A stretch of DNA of 64,000 bases from Eledone cirrhosa (Eukaryota), in assembly GCA_964016885.1 (NCBI GenBank), contig OZ024743.1:113708001-113772000 (forward strand), given 5' to 3'. The notes beneath the pieces are model-generated. The model ran no database searches. It saw only the letters and a program-made list of their open reading frames with translations, and was not told the origin of the DNA. The position numbers were made by a program, and so were the translations under genes. Shown piece by piece: positions 1 to 14,533 of this stretch; the first letter of the stretch is position 1, and each line of letters opens with the position of its first letter.

Positions 1-21
1 CGTATATAAATAATACTATCA

Positions 22-51
22 TACCCGGGCAGCGTCGGGTACCTCTGCTAG
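22..51 (+). mobile_element. Helitron 3' terminus (element extends left of window)
   Basis: Hairpin TACCCG-ggcagcgt-CGGGTA, then CTAG|T; same terminus as 8099-8126. Confidence 0.65.
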
Positions 52-237
52 TATCTTATATATGTTATAATTAATTGCTTAGAGGATTTTAGTTGATCAA
101 AATTTTCCAATCTATTACATTACATATGTGACACTCTACCAGGTTTGCATTAGTATACAGACCTCTCGGTCATAACCAGTACCACTACAATACTCAATCC
201 CCTCATCCCTCTCTCCCCTCCCCATCTCCCCCCCCCT

Positions 238-504
<267 letters not shown>

Positions 505-774
505 TGTATATGAAGACATATATAATGAACGTATGGGTGGCTTTGCTGCCGAAGAAAAATATGTATCCAATTAAATATGTATATATATGTAGCATATATG
601 TGTATGATGATGATGATGTATACATATATGTATCTATGTTTATATCATCACGATCATCATCAATCTTACACGTATTTTCCTTTCTTGCATTGGGTAATGG
701 GTTGTAAGTCTTGCGACTAGACAAAACAAGTGAGATGACTGTGTTTTACTCATACATTCCATTTAGGTACGATG

Positions 775-3700
775 TATGTGGCTGGATGCCCTTCCGAACA
801 CCAATCACTTCATAGCATATATCAGGTTTGTTTTCTCATGGCATCAGTAGGGACGATGGAAGCATTTCTGTATGTGACTGGATGTCCTTCCTAACACCAA
901 TCACTTCATAGCATATATCAGGTTTGTTTTCTCATGGCATTAATAGGGGCGATTGGAGCATTTCTGTATGTGACTGGATGTCCTTCCTAACACCAATCAC
1001 TTCATAGCATATATCAGGTTTGTTTTCTCATGGCATTAATAGGGGCGATTGGAGCATTTCTGTATGTGACTGGATGTCCTTCCTAACACCAATCACTTCA
1101 TAGCATATATCAGGTTTGTTTTCTCATGGCATTAATAGGGGCGATTGGAGCATTTCTGTATGTGGCTGGATGTCCTTCCTAACACCAATCACTTCATAGC
1201 ATATATCAGGTTTGTTTTCTCATGGCATTAATAGGGGCGATTGGAGCATTTCTGTATGTGACTGGATGTCCTTCCTAACACCAATCACTTCATAGCATAT
1301 ATCAGGTTTGTTTTCTCATGGCATTAATAGGGGCGATTGGAGCATTTCTGTATGTGACTGGATGTCCTTCCTAACACCAATCACTTCATAGCATATATCA
1401 GGTTTGTTTTCTCATGGCATTAATAGGGGCGATTGGAGCATTTCTGTATGTGACTGGATGTCCTTCCTAACACCAATCACTTCATAGCATATATCAGGTT
1501 TGTTTTCTCATGGCATCAGTAGGGGCGATGGAAGCATTTCTGTATGTGACTGGATGTCCTTCCTAACACCAATCACTTCATAGCATATATCAGGTTTGTT
1601 TTCTCATGGCATTAATAGGGGCGATTGGAGCATTTCTGTATGTGACTGGATGTCCTTCCTAACACCAATCACTTCATAGCATATATCAGGTTTGTTTTCT
1701 CATGGCATTAATAGGGGCGATTGGAGCATTTCTGTATGTGACTGGATGTCCTTCCTAACACCAATCACTTCATAGCATATATCAGGTTTGTTTTCTCATG
1801 GCATCAGTAGGGGCGATGGAAGCATTTCTGTATGTGACTGGATGTCCTTCCTAACACCAATCACTTCATAGCATATATCAGGTTTGTTTTCTCATGGCAT
1901 CAGTAGGGACGATGGAAGCATTTCTGTATGTGACTGGATGTCCTTCCTAACACCAATCACTTCATAGCATATATCAGGTTTGTTTTCTCATGGCATCAGT
2001 AGGGACGATGGAAGCATTTCTGTATGTGACTGGATGTCCTTCCTAACACCAATCACTTCATAGCATATATCAGGTTTGTTTTCTCATGGCATCAGTAGGG
2101 ACGATGGAAGCATTTCTGTATGTGACTGGATGTCCTTCCTAACACCAATCACTTCATAGCATATATCAGGTTTGTTTTCTCATGGCATCAGTAGGGGCGA
2201 TGGAAGCATTTCTGTATGTGACTGGATGTCCTTCCTAACACCAATCACTTCATAGCATATATCAGGTTTGTTTTCTCATGGCATCAGTAGGGACGATGGA
2301 AGCATTTCTGTATGTGACTGGATTTCCTTCCTAACACCAATCACTTCATAGCATATATCAGGTTTGTTTTCTCATGGCATCAGTAGGGACAATGGAAGCA
2401 TTTCTGTATGTGACTGGATGTCCTTCCTAACACCAATCACTTCATAGCATATATCAGGTTTGTTTTCTCATGGCATCAGTAGGGACGATGGAAGCATTTC
2501 TGTATGTGACTGGATGTCCTTCCTAACACCAATCACTTCATAACATATATCAGGTTTGTTTTCTCATGGCATCAGTAGGGACGATGGAAGCATTTCTGTA
2601 TGTGACTGGATGTCCTTCCTAACACCAATCACTTCATAGCATATATCAGGTTTGTTTTCTCATGGCATCAGTAGGGACGATGGAAGCATTTCTGTATGTG
2701 ACTGGATTTCCTTCCTAACACCAATCACTTCATAGCATATATCAGGTTTGTTTTCTCATGGCATCAGTAGGGACGATGGAAGCATTTCTGTATGTGACTG
2801 GATGTCCTTCCTAACACCAATCACTTCATAGCATATATCAGGTTTGTTTTCTCATGGCATCAGTAGGGACGATGGAAGCATTTCTGTATGTGACTGGATG
2901 TCCTTCCTAACACCAATCACTTCATAGCATATATCAGGTTTGTTTTCTCATGGCATCAGTAGGGACGATGGAAGCATTTCTGTATGTGACTGGATGTCCT
3001 TCCTAACACCAATCACTTCATAGCATATATCAGGTTTGTTTTCTCATGGCATCAGTAGGGACGATGGAAGCATTTCTGTATGTGACTGGATGTCCTTCCT
3101 AACACCAATCACTTCATAGCATATATCAGGTTTGTTTTTTCATGGCATCAGTAGGGACGATGGAAGCATTTCTGTATGTGACTGGATGTCCTTCCTAACA
3201 CCAATCACTTCATAGCATATATCAGGTTTGTTTTCTCATGGCATCAGTAGGGACGATGGAAGCATTTCTGTATGTGACTGGATGTCCTTCCTAACACCAA
3301 TCACTTCATAACATATATCAGGTTTGTTTTCTCATGGCATCAGTAGGGACGATGGAAGCATTTCTGTATGTGACTGGATGTCCTTCCTAACACCAATCAC
3401 TTCATAACATATATCAGGTTTGTTTTCTCATGGCATCAGTAGGGACGATGGAAGCATTTCTGTATGTGACTGGATGTCCTTCCTAACACCAATCACTTCA
3501 TAACATATATCAGGTTTGTTTTCTCATGGCATCAGTAGGGACGATGGAAGCATTTCTGTATGTGACTGGATGTCCTTCCTAACACCAATCACTTCATAAC
3601 ATATATCAGGTTTGTTTTCTCATGGCATCAGTAGGGACGATGGAAGCATTTCTGTATGTGACTGGATGTCCTTCCTAACACCAATCACTTCATAACATAT

Positions 3701-5961
3701 ATCAGGTTTGTTTTCTCATGGCATCAGTAGGGACGATGGAAGCATTTCTGTATGTGACTGGATGTCCTTCCTAACACCAATCACTTCATAGCATATATCA
3801 GGTTTGTTTTCTCATGGCATCAGTAGGGACGATGGAAGCATTTCTGTATGTGACTGGATGTCCTTCCTAACACCAATCACTTCATAACATATATCAGGTT
3901 TGTTTTCTCATGGCATCAGTAGGGACGATGGAAGCATTTCTGTATGTGACTGGATGTCCTTCCTAACACCAATCACTTCATAACATATATCAGGTTTGTT
4001 TTCTCATGGCATCAGTAGGGACGATGGAAGAATTTCTGTATGTGACTGGATGTCCTTCCTAACACCAATCACTTCATAACATATATCAGGTTTGTTTTCT
4101 CATGGCATCAGTAGGGACGATGGAAGCATTTCTGTATGTGACTGGATGTCCTTCCTAACACCAATCACTTCATAACATATATCAGGTTTGTTTTCTCATG
4201 GCATCAGTAGGGACGATGGAAGCATTTCTGTATGTGACTGGATGTCCTTCCTAACACCAATCACTTCATAACATATATCAGGTTTGTTTTCTCATGGCAT
4301 CAGTAGGGACGATGGAAGCATTTCTGTATGTGACTGGATGTCCTTCCTAACACCAATCACTTCATAACATATATCAGGTTTGTTTTCTCATAGCATCAGT
4401 AGGGACGATGGAAGCATTTCTGTATGTGACTGGATGTCCTTCCTAACACCAATCACTTCATAACATATATCAGGTTTGTTTTCTCATGGCACCAGTAGGG
4501 GCGATGGAAGCATTTCTGTATGTGACTGGATGTCCTTCCTAACACCAATCACTTCATAGCATATATCAGGTTTGTTTTCTCATGGCATCAGTAGGGACGA
4601 TGGAAGCATTTCTGTATGTGACTGGATGTCCTTCCTCACACCAATCACTAATCACTTCATAGCATATATCAGGTTTGTTTTCTCATGGCATCAGTAGGGA
4701 CGATGGAAGCATTTCTGTATGTGACTGGATGTCCTTCCTAACACCAATCACTTCATAACATATATCAGGTTTGTTTTCTCATGGCATCAGTAGGGACGAT
4801 GGAAGCATTTCTGTATGTGACTGGATGTCCTTCCTAACACCAATCACTTCATAACATATATCAGGTTTGTTTTCTCATGGCATCAGTAGGGACGATGGAA
4901 GCATTTCTGTATGTGACTGGATGTCCTTCCTAACACCAATCACTTCATAACATATATCAGGTTTGTTTTCTCATGGCATCAGTAGGGACGATGGAAGCAT
5001 TTCTGTATGTGACTGGATGTCCTTCCTAACACCAATCACTTCATAACATATATCAGGTTTGTTTTCTCATGGCATCAGTAGGGACGATGGAAGCATTTCT
5101 GTATGTGACTGGATGTCCTTCCTAACACCAATCACTTCATAACATATATCAGGTTTGTTTTCTCATGGCATCAGTAGGGACGATGGAAGCATTTCTGTAT
5201 GTGACTGGATGTCCTTCCTAACACCAATCACTTCATAACATATATCAGGTTTGTTTTCTCATAGCATCAGTAGGGACGATGGAAGCATTTCTGTATGTGA
5301 CTGGATGTCCTTCCTCACACCAATCACTAATCACTTCATAGCATATATCAGGTTTGTTTTCTCATGGCATCAGTAGGGACGATGGAAGCATTTCTGTATG
5401 TGGCTGGATGTCCTTCCTAACACCAATCAGTTCATAGCATATATCAGGTTTGTTTTCTCATGGCATCAGTAGGGACGATGGAAGCATTTCTGTATGTGGC
5501 TGGATGTCCTTCCTAACACCAATCACTTCATAGCATATATCAGGTTTGTTTTCTCATGGCATCAGTAGGGTCGATGGCAGCATTTCTGTATGTGGCTGGA
5601 TGTCCTTCCTCACACCAATCACTTCATAGCATATATCAGGTTTGTTTTCTCATGGCACCAGTAGGGGCGATGGAAGCATTTCTGTATGTGACTGGATGTC
5701 CTTCCAATCACTAATCACTTCATAGCATATATCAGGTTTGTTTTCTCATGGCATCAGTAGGGACGATGGAAGCATTTCTGTATGTGGCTGGATGTCCTTC
5801 CTCACACCAATCACTTCATAGCATATATCAGGTTTGTTTTCTCATGGCATCAGTAGGGTCGATGGCAGCATTTCTGTATGTGGCTGGATGTCCTTCCTAA
5901 CACCAATCACTAATCACTTCATAGCATATATCAGGTTTGTTTTCTCATGGCATCAGTAGGG
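775..5961. repeat. 96-bp minisatellite, about 54 copies, SINE/RTE-tail derived
   Basis: Unit TATGTGACTGGATGTCCTTCCTAACACCAATCAC...GGAAGCATTTCTG recurs at 871, 967 and onward (period 96). Confidence 0.97.
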
Positions 5962-6591
5962 GTGAGGGGGCAATTTAGTTGTAGTGATTAGTTTAGCTCT
6001 TTGCACTCTAAAAGGGTAAGAAAACTTCGATATGCGATAAACATAACACGTACATAAACTGTAGCGCATATACAAATAGATGTGAGTTTTGGTAGTTTCG
6101 GGAGAAAAATATTATTGATCAGCACTTCCATATTACTGAATGGGCTGACATTAACTTTTCCACATTTCAGTATATTTTTTATGAAAATGTGGTGGGGGAC
6201 AACCAAAATTACCACTATAGGGCAGGGCACATGTATCCTTGGCCAGGTTGGGAAAACAGTGTTATGGAATGGGAGAGGGAGCAGGGTGTCAGCTGTCTGT
6301 TACCAGTCCATGGTGGGAGGGGGAGGCCTTAATGGGAATCAGTAACACCTAGTGTTATTGTGGGGTACGCCCAGCCTTTGATGTTGGCATTGTAGAGCAA
6401 AGTATTAAGGGATAAATTTAACAGTGGAGGTTATAGGTGAGAGGGTAGCATAAGTATTAGGCCACATGGTAGTTTTTGTGAGAGAGTGTACTAGCAGTGT
6501 CTGGCAGGACAGTGAGATGCATCTGTCTTTCCATTCTGGTATGGATAGGACATCGTGAAAGTGCCAGGGATGTGGGTGAGGGGGGGGTTTA

Positions 6592-6671
<80 letters not shown>
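6592..6671. repeat. (TATC)n microsatellite
   Basis: Directly visible. Confidence 0.95.
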
Positions 6672-6768
6672 AGGGAGTGTAACTTGGAGTTACTGCAGGT
6701 TCACTCGGGTGAGGACTCGATGTTTAGGTTCACTTCTGTGTTGAGGTGTAGAGCTATACAGAGTGTAA

Positions 6769-6917
6769 TATATTGAAAGGATAACAAGGACGATTGGTAA
6801 GAGTCGGGTAAGATCGATACAGATCGAACCTTGAGCTGATCAGTGGCGAAACGCGCGTCACCTACCAATAAATGTAATGAAGGAGTAACCAATCGTCCTT
6901 GTTATCCTTTCAATATA
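6769..6917 (+). mobile_element. Small fold-back element holding the 3' half of a hammerhead (Penelope-like pLTR relic)
   Basis: About 30-bp inverted arms TATATTGAAAGGATAACAAGGACGATTGGT / ACCAATCGTCCTTGTTATCCTTTCAATATA; spacer has GAAACGCGCGTC then AATAAA. Confidence 0.65.
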
Positions 6918-7203
6918 TATATATATGCAGTTGTCTCCCGGTATTCGCGGGACCTACATTCCTAGAGCACCCGCGAAGGGTGAAAAACGCGAATATTGGA
7001 CGTGGTCCATAAATATGCTTATAAACATCAGAATATAACGTAAAATATATTATTTTTCTCTCTTGAGTTGCTACATCACAGATGCCAAGCTGCATTTAGC
7101 TTTCTCTTGTACAACATCGATGGCATGGAGAGGAAAGACTAGTAATCATGGGCCACTGCTGGTCTTCCAGACACACACACACACAAACCTTGCCTGTGCT
7201 TGT

Positions 7204-7245
7204 GGCTCTGATGATCGCCAAACAGCGTGAAACAGACTGTTAGCT
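7204..7245 (+). ncRNA. Type I hammerhead ribozyme motif
   Basis: GGCT-CTGATGA-tCGCcaaacaGCGt-GAA-ACAGaCTGT-T-AGCT: stems I, II and III pair; GUU site after 7241. Confidence 0.7.
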
Positions 7246-7397
7246 TCTCTCCCTTCTTTCGCCGAAAAGAAGTGACATAGTCACTACTTTAAAACCGATA
7301 GCGTATGGTCTTCTAAATGTTTTTAATTAAACATACGGTATATTGCCAAATATACTATACATACATTCATGTATACATCGCTATTTCAGAACACCAA

Positions 7398-7540
7398 TCT
7401 TATATATATATATATATATATAAAAGAGATGTTTATTGGTTGAATCACTCACACACACACCTAAAGAGAGACACACAGGAAGAGGCAGAAAGAGAGACAT
7501 AGGCCGTTATAGAAAGAGAGATACAATTAAAGTGTTGGAT

Positions 7541-7580
<40 letters not shown>

Positions 7581-8126
7581 GGAGAGAGAGTGACGTCCTA
7601 CAAACGTCTAGAATCGGCTTAAACTATAGATCAAAGTATATCAGTTGAAGGTTTAACAATATTGCGTTAGCTTTTATAAAGTAGTTTTACAGCCTTTGAT
7701 TTTACTGAACAAAGAAAAATTGATACAATTTGAAATTAATCTACCCTCTAGCTTTTATCCATATACTACTTACAGTCCGTACTAACGAAGCAACACTTCA
7801 GAAGCAATGTTATGCGGTATATTGCTGCGTTTCAGATGAGGTCCTTTGGAGCTGAAAAAATCATACTGACTATGGTTATTTCACGACATTTAAAATCCAA
7901 GGCCAATGCTACCATTTAATTGGCAGTTTACTCCCCCAGCCTAATAAGGAAGTTTTATTATTGTTTTTTTTATGTCTCTTTTTCACACGCGCACACGCAC
8001 GCACGCACGCGCACCCGCGCATTACGGTCTCACCTCATACCAGAGAACACATCCAATACAGTCGTTTTCTCTTTTATCTGTCTTCTCTTAATTGTTCTCC
8101 TGGGCGAAGCCGGGTACCTCAGCTAG
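7398..8126 (+). mobile_element. Non-autonomous Helitron
   Basis: A|TCTTATATA...AAAAG 5' end; 3' hairpin CCTGGGCGAAGCCGGG plus CTAG|T; inserted between A and T. Confidence 0.7.
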
Positions 8127-9042
8127 TCATTCATAACTGAAAGATTTGTTTATCCTTTTTTATAATCACTCTTGATCTTACTGAATACAATATATTTCAC
8201 TGGGGAGGGACAATAATACCGAAACATGTCTGTTACCTTAACCAGTTGATTTCCCTTTAGCATTTACATTACTTTATATATACTACTATTATATTTTCAT
8301 GGTAAATACTTTATTTTACATAATTATCTCACATATTATTGAATCTATGAGATTTTGATATTCTTTACTTTGAGAACAATACCTTAACATCAGTATGAGT
8401 GGTCGGTTACAGCCGGTTTAAAGAGAAAGAGGTGAGAGAATTCTAGCCGGATACGGATACTCCCATTATTGCATTTTCTAATTTTCTAAAGATTTCAATT
8501 TATTTTATTGGGAATATCTCCCTTAAAAAAAAAAAATAAATAAATAAAGCTTAGGACCAGTTTTTGTCTAGTAATTCTTTGGATAATCTTAGTTGATGGG
8601 AGTTGTTCAACACACTATATTACATATATGATAGACTAGTCTATTTCTATTTACTATGTAGAGTACGCATTCACAATACCCACACCAATAACAAACCCTG
8701 CAGTCATATTCTGGGAAGAAATAGACTGAAATAGTGAGATAGAAACTAGAAGAAAATGGGTGAAGATGGAGAGGGGGGAGTTAGAGAGCAGGGCGATAAA
8801 AAGGTAATTGAGAATTTGAAAAATCTGAGATAATTGAAATGAACTGAAGAGAAAATGATTAATTCTTATTACCATCACCATCACCATCATCACCACCTTC
8901 ATCATTACCAGCATCACCATTATCATTACCACCATTTCAACTATCATTACAATCATGAAATTCTAACAGCTCATTAGAAAATGCTAACTAGGGTGTAGAA
9001 ACGACATACTTTGAAATGAAATTCAAAGATAAGAACATGCTA

Positions 9043-9165
<123 letters not shown>

Positions 9166-10679
9166 ATATATTGCAAGAATAGACAAGACAAACACAGTGA
9201 TGCAAAAACGCAGTCTTATTAATTTCACGCTTAGGAAGAAGTAGAAGAGGGTTTCAACGTGTTGGACTTAAGTCGTTCTTCAGGACATGGAGAGTTCAGA
9301 AAGAAGGAAAAATTTGGTATATATATGTGTGTGTGTCCGTCCCGGGTTCAATTGGGGGTAACCACAGTAAGTAAGGTACTCAATATATAGTAGAGTATAT
9401 AATGTTTAATATAGAAATGGATTGTTATTTCTGTTTACCTTTTACATACATATATATATATATCAAGGCAAGTGTTTTGGAATCTCTTGTTAGTGGAAAG
9501 GTTTTTGAGAATGAACCACCTTTCATCTGTGCATCAATTGCAGACTTTAGATCCGTTTATATAGGCTCTAGATTTTTTGAGTATTTTGCAATTTATGAAA
9601 TTTTTATCCCTGCCCCTGAGTTTTCATACCTAGCTTGCTAGCCTTGTGGTATATATATATATTTTTTTTTTGGATATCTTCACGAAACCATTACTAAAAG
9701 ATTCATCTCTTGTTAAATCCGACCACACTTGCCATACATCCATAACATCATATTATCTTACTTCTTTCTCCTCACCGTAGAGCAGAGAAAGCTCTTTGAA
9801 TTAGATACCGTGCCAAAAAGAGTCAAGTTGACCATTCAATTGTGTTGATGGCATGACAACTTTTCTCATGTTGGTGATCTACACAATAAACACACCAAGC
9901 ACATGACAAAAAACACCCAGTCCACTCTGTAAAGATTGGAAGGACCCTTCAGTTGTGTCGTGACAATGGTGATGATATGTGTGCGTGTGTGTATCCACCG
10001 ACATCATCATCTTCATATTCATCACTGTTTAACATTTATTTCCCAGGCTTTCATGAGTTAGATGGGTTGTCATTCTGAGGCTAGACCTGTCAGGTGACTA
10101 CCTCTTCCTCAAACATTCCAGTTTTAGCTTGGTTTCTACAGCTTCCTAACACCAATTACTTTTCAGAATGTACTGGAAGGATTTTATCGTTGTACCAGCA
10201 CGAACAGCTTACTAAGTGGACTGAGTGTTTTTCATTGTGGCCCTAGCAAAACAGAGTGAACAGGGTGTTTTTTTTTTTCTCATGATACCAAAACTACCAC
10301 TTTACAGAATGGACTGGGTGCTTTTTACAGTGGCACCAGCACAACCACCATAAATATAGTTATAGCTCTAACTCACCGAATTCAATTCAAATGGAATTGG
10401 AACATAATCCGGATATCCAAATATTTCTCTCTTTTTTCTTCTCCCTCCTTCCCCCTCCCCCTCTCTCTCTCCCACATATGTGTATATATATATATGTGTG
10501 TGTGTGTATATATATATATACAGAGAGAGAGAGAGAGAAAGAGAAAGAGAGAGACAGTGAAAGATTAGCTCTCATCAATGACTGAGAGATTATATATATT
10601 TTGGCTAATTTCTAACTAAGGTCAGTTCTCTACTTCAAGACATATGAAAACAGTTCTCTCTAATGTAAATATTATTGGG

Positions 10680-12400
10680 GAGGTGGTGCTGTTGTAGGGT
10701 GGAGGTGCTGCTGTTGCTGGTAGGGTGGTGGTGGTGCTGTTGCTGGTAGGGTGGTGGTGGTGCTGCTGTTGATGGTAGGGTGGTGGTGGTGCTGTTGCTG
10801 GTAGGGTGGTGGTGGTGCTGCTGTTGATGGTAGGGTGGTGGTGGTGCTGCTGTTGATGGTAGGGTGGAGGTGCTGCTGTTGATGGTAGAGTGGAGGTGCT
10901 GCTGTTGATGGTAGGGTGGTGGTGGTGCTGCTGTTGATGGTAGGGTGGTGGTGGTGCTGCTGTTGATGGTAGGGTGGTGGTGGTGCTGCTGTTGATGGTA
11001 GAGTGGAGGTGCTGCTGTTGATGGTAGGGTGGTGGTGGTGCTGCTGTTGATGGTAGGGTGGTGGTGGTGCTGCTGTTGATGGTAGGGTGGTGGTGGTGCT
11101 GCTGTTGATGGTAGGGTGGTGGTGGTGCTGCTGTTGATGGTAGGGTGGTCGTGGTGCTGTTGATGGTAGGGTGGTGCTGCTGCTGTTGATGGTAGGGTGG
11201 TGGTGGTGCTGCTGTTGATGGTAGGGTGGTGGTGGTGCTGCTGTTGATGGTAGGGTGGTGGTGGTGCTGCTGTTGATGGTAGGGTGGTGGTGGTGCTGCT
11301 GTTGATGGTAGGGTGGTCGTGGTGCTGTTGATGGTAGGGTGGTGCTGCTGCTGTTGATGGTAGGGTGGTGGTGGTGCTGCTGTTGATGGTAGGGTGGAGG
11401 TGCTGCTGTTGATGGTAGGGTGGTGGTGCTGCTGTTGATGGTAGGGTGGTGGTGCTGCTGTTGATGGTAGGGTGGTCGTGGTGCTGCTGTTGATGGTAGG
11501 GTGGTGGTGCTGCTGTTGATGGTAGGGTGGTGGTGCTGCTGTTGTTGATGGTAGGGTGGAGGTGCTGCTGTTGATGGTAGGGTGGTGGTGCTGCTGTTGA
11601 TGGTAGGGTGGGGGTGCTGCTGTTGCTGGTAGGGTGGTGGTGGTGCTGCTGTTGATGGTAGGGTGGAAGTGCTGCTGTTGATGGTAGGGTGGTGGTGCTG
11701 CTGTTGATGGTAGGGTGGTGGTGCTGCTGTTGATGGTAGGGTGGTGGTGCTGCTGTTGATGGCAGGGTGGTGGTGGTGCTGCTGTTGATGGTAGGGTGGT
11801 GGTGCTGCTGTTGATGGTAGGGTGGTGGTGGTGCTGCTGTTGATGGTAGGGTGGTGGTGCTGCTGTTGATGGTAGGGTGGTGGTGCTGCTGTTGATGGTA
11901 GGGTGGTGGTGGTGCTGCTGTTGATGGTAGGGTGGTGGTGGTGCTGCTTTTGATGGTAGGGTGGTGGTGGTGCTGTTGATGGTAGGGTGGTGGTCGTGCT
12001 GCTGTTGATGGTAGGGTGGTGGTGCTGCTGTTGATGGTAGGGTGGTGGTGCTGCTGTTGATGGTAGGGTGGTGCTGCTGCTGTTGATGGTAGGGTGGTGG
12101 TGCTGCTGTTGATGGTAGGGTGGTGCTGCTGCTGTTGATGGTAGGGTGGAGGTGCTGCTGTTGATGGTAGGGTGGTGGTGCTGCTGTTGATGGTAGGGTG
12201 GTGGTGCTGCTGTTGATGGTAGGGTGGAGGTGCTGCTGTTGATGGTAGGGTGGTGGTGCTGATGTAGGGTGGTAGTGCTGATGTAGGGTGGTGGTGCTGC
12301 TGTAGGGTGGAGGTGCTGCTGTTGATGGTAGGGTGGTGGTGCTGCTGTTGATGGTAGGGTGGAGGTGCTATTGTTGATGGTATGGTGGAGGTGCTGCTGT
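10680..12400. repeat. G-rich 26/29-bp minisatellite GGTAGGGTGGTGGT(GGT)GCTGCTGTTGAT
   Basis: Directly visible tandem units with variable GGT number. Confidence 0.95.
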
Positions 12401-12799
12401 TGATGGTGTCGCTGCCGCCGATGGTGGTGCTGCTGATGGTGGTGGTGGTTGTATTACTGGTAGTGCTGCTGATGGTGCTGGTGCTGCTCGTGCTGGTAAT
12501 GCTGGTGGTTGTGTTGTGCTAATGTTGGTTCTACTGCTGCTGCTGCTGCTGGTCGTGATGGTGGTGGTGGTGGTGGTGCTGCTGCTACTGGTGCCAATGA
12601 AGGTGATGATACTGATACTGCCACTACTGCTGAGGTTAATATTCAATATGGCGTATTCACTATGTTATTTATCACACTGCACAGCCCGGACAATATCTCC
12701 AACTTTACTCAATGCAATGTCTTCTCTATTAAAACATTATTTATTTCAATGAAATATCTTTCATCTTAAGTCTTCAAACAAATGACAGCTTTGTTTCAA

Positions 12800-12900
12800 C
12801 TACTGCTGCTGTTGTTGCTGTTGTTGTTGTTGCTGTTGTTGTTGCTGTTGCTGTTGTTGTTGTTGTTGCTGTTGCTGTTGCTGTTGTTGTTGTTGTTGCT

Positions 12901-12931
<31 letters not shown>

Positions 12932-13031
12932 TTGTTGCTGTTGTTGTTGTTGCTGTTGTTGTTGCTGTTGCTGTTGTTGTTGTTGCTGTTGCTGTTGTTG
13001 TTGTTGCTGCTGCTGCTGCTGTTGTTGTTGT

Positions 13032-13104
<73 letters not shown>

Positions 13105-13261
13105 GCTGTTGTTGTTGTTGTTGTTGTTGCTGTTGCTGTTGTTGCTGTTGCTGTTGTTGTTGCTGTTGCTGTTGTTGTTGTTGCTGTTGCTGTTGTTGTT
13201 GTTGTTGCTGCTGCTGCTGCTGCTGTTGTTGTTGTTGTTGTTGTTGTCGTCGTCGTCGTCG

Positions 13262-13305
<44 letters not shown>

Positions 13306-13571
13306 ATTGCTGCTGTTGTTGTTGCTGTTGCTGTTGTTGCTGTTGCTGCTGTTGTTGCTGTTGTTGTTGTTGCTGTTGTTGCTGTTGTTGTTGCTGTTGT
13401 TGTTGTTGCTGTTGTTGTTGTTGCTGTTGTTGTTGCTGTTGTTGTTGTTGCTGTTGTTCTTGTTGCTGTTGTTGCTGTTGTTGTTGCTGTTGCTGTTGTT
13501 GCTGTTGTTGTTGCTGTTGCTGTTGTTGCTGTTGTTGTTGCTGTTGTTGTTGTTGTTGTTGTTGTTGTTGC

Positions 13572-13603
<32 letters not shown>

Positions 13604-13860
13604 TTGTTGTTGGTGTTGCTGTTGTTGTTGTTGTTGCTGTTGTTGTTTGTATTGTTGTTGTTGTTGTTGTTGTTGTTCTTGTTGCTGTTGTTGTTGTTGT
13701 TGTTGTTGTTGTTGCTGCTGTTCTTGTTGCTGTTGTTGCTGTTGTTGTTGTTGTTGTTGTTGTTGTTGCTGTTCTTGTTGCTGTTGTTGCTGTTGTTGCT
13801 GTTGTTGTTGTTGTTGTTGCTGTTGTTGCTGTTGTTGCTGTTGTTGCTGTTGTTGTTGAT
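12800..13860. repeat. (GTT/GCT)n trinucleotide tract
   Basis: Directly visible; gives spurious poly-L/T/N ORFs. Confidence 0.95.
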
Positions 13861-14029
13861 ATGCAACAATAAAAATAACACCACCAACAAAACAAACGAA
13901 AAAAAAAAACCACAGATTTTTTTTTAGATATTTTTGTTTGTTTTATAGTTAGGAGCTGTTGTTGTTGTTATTGATGTTTTTGTTGGTGTTGTATGTGAAG
14001 GTGACGGTGTTGCAGTTGGTATGGTAGCT

Positions 14030-14533
14030 GCTGTTGTTGTTGATGGTGGTAATGTTGTTGTTGTTGTTGGTGGTGGTTGTAGTGGTGGTGGTGGTGTTAG
14101 TGGTGGTAGTGGTATTAGTGGTGGTGGTGGTAGTGGTGGTGGTGGTGATGGTGTTAGTGGTGGTGGTGGTGTTAGTGGTGGTAGTGGTATTAGTGGTGGT
14201 GGTGGTAGTGGTGGTGGTGGTGATGGTGTTAGTGGCGGTGGTGGTGCTGGTGTTAGTGGTAGTGGAGGCGGTGTTAGTGGTGGCGGCGCCGGCGGTGGTG
14301 GTGGTGGTGTTAGTGGTGGTGGTGTTAGTGGTGGTGGTGGTGGTGGTGTTAGTGGTGGCGGCTGCGGTGGTGGTGGTGGTGGTGGTGTTAGTGGTGGTGG
14401 TGGTGGTGGTGGTGGTGGTGTTAGTGGTGGCGGTGGTGGTGGTGGTGGTGGTGTTGGTGGTGTTAGTGGTGGCGGTGGTGGTGGTGGTGTTAGTGGTGGT
14501 GGTGGTGGTGTTAGTGGTGGTGGTGGTGGTGTG
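14030..14533. repeat. (GGT)n/GTTAGT degenerate trinucleotide tract
   Basis: Directly visible. Confidence 0.9.

Noticed and set aside
775-5961. CRISPR-like regular array
   Set aside because: Whole units repeat with no unique spacers and no cas genes; the same applies to 60648-61750
6928-7000. pogo/Tigger-like left TIR
   Set aside because: No matching right TIR found
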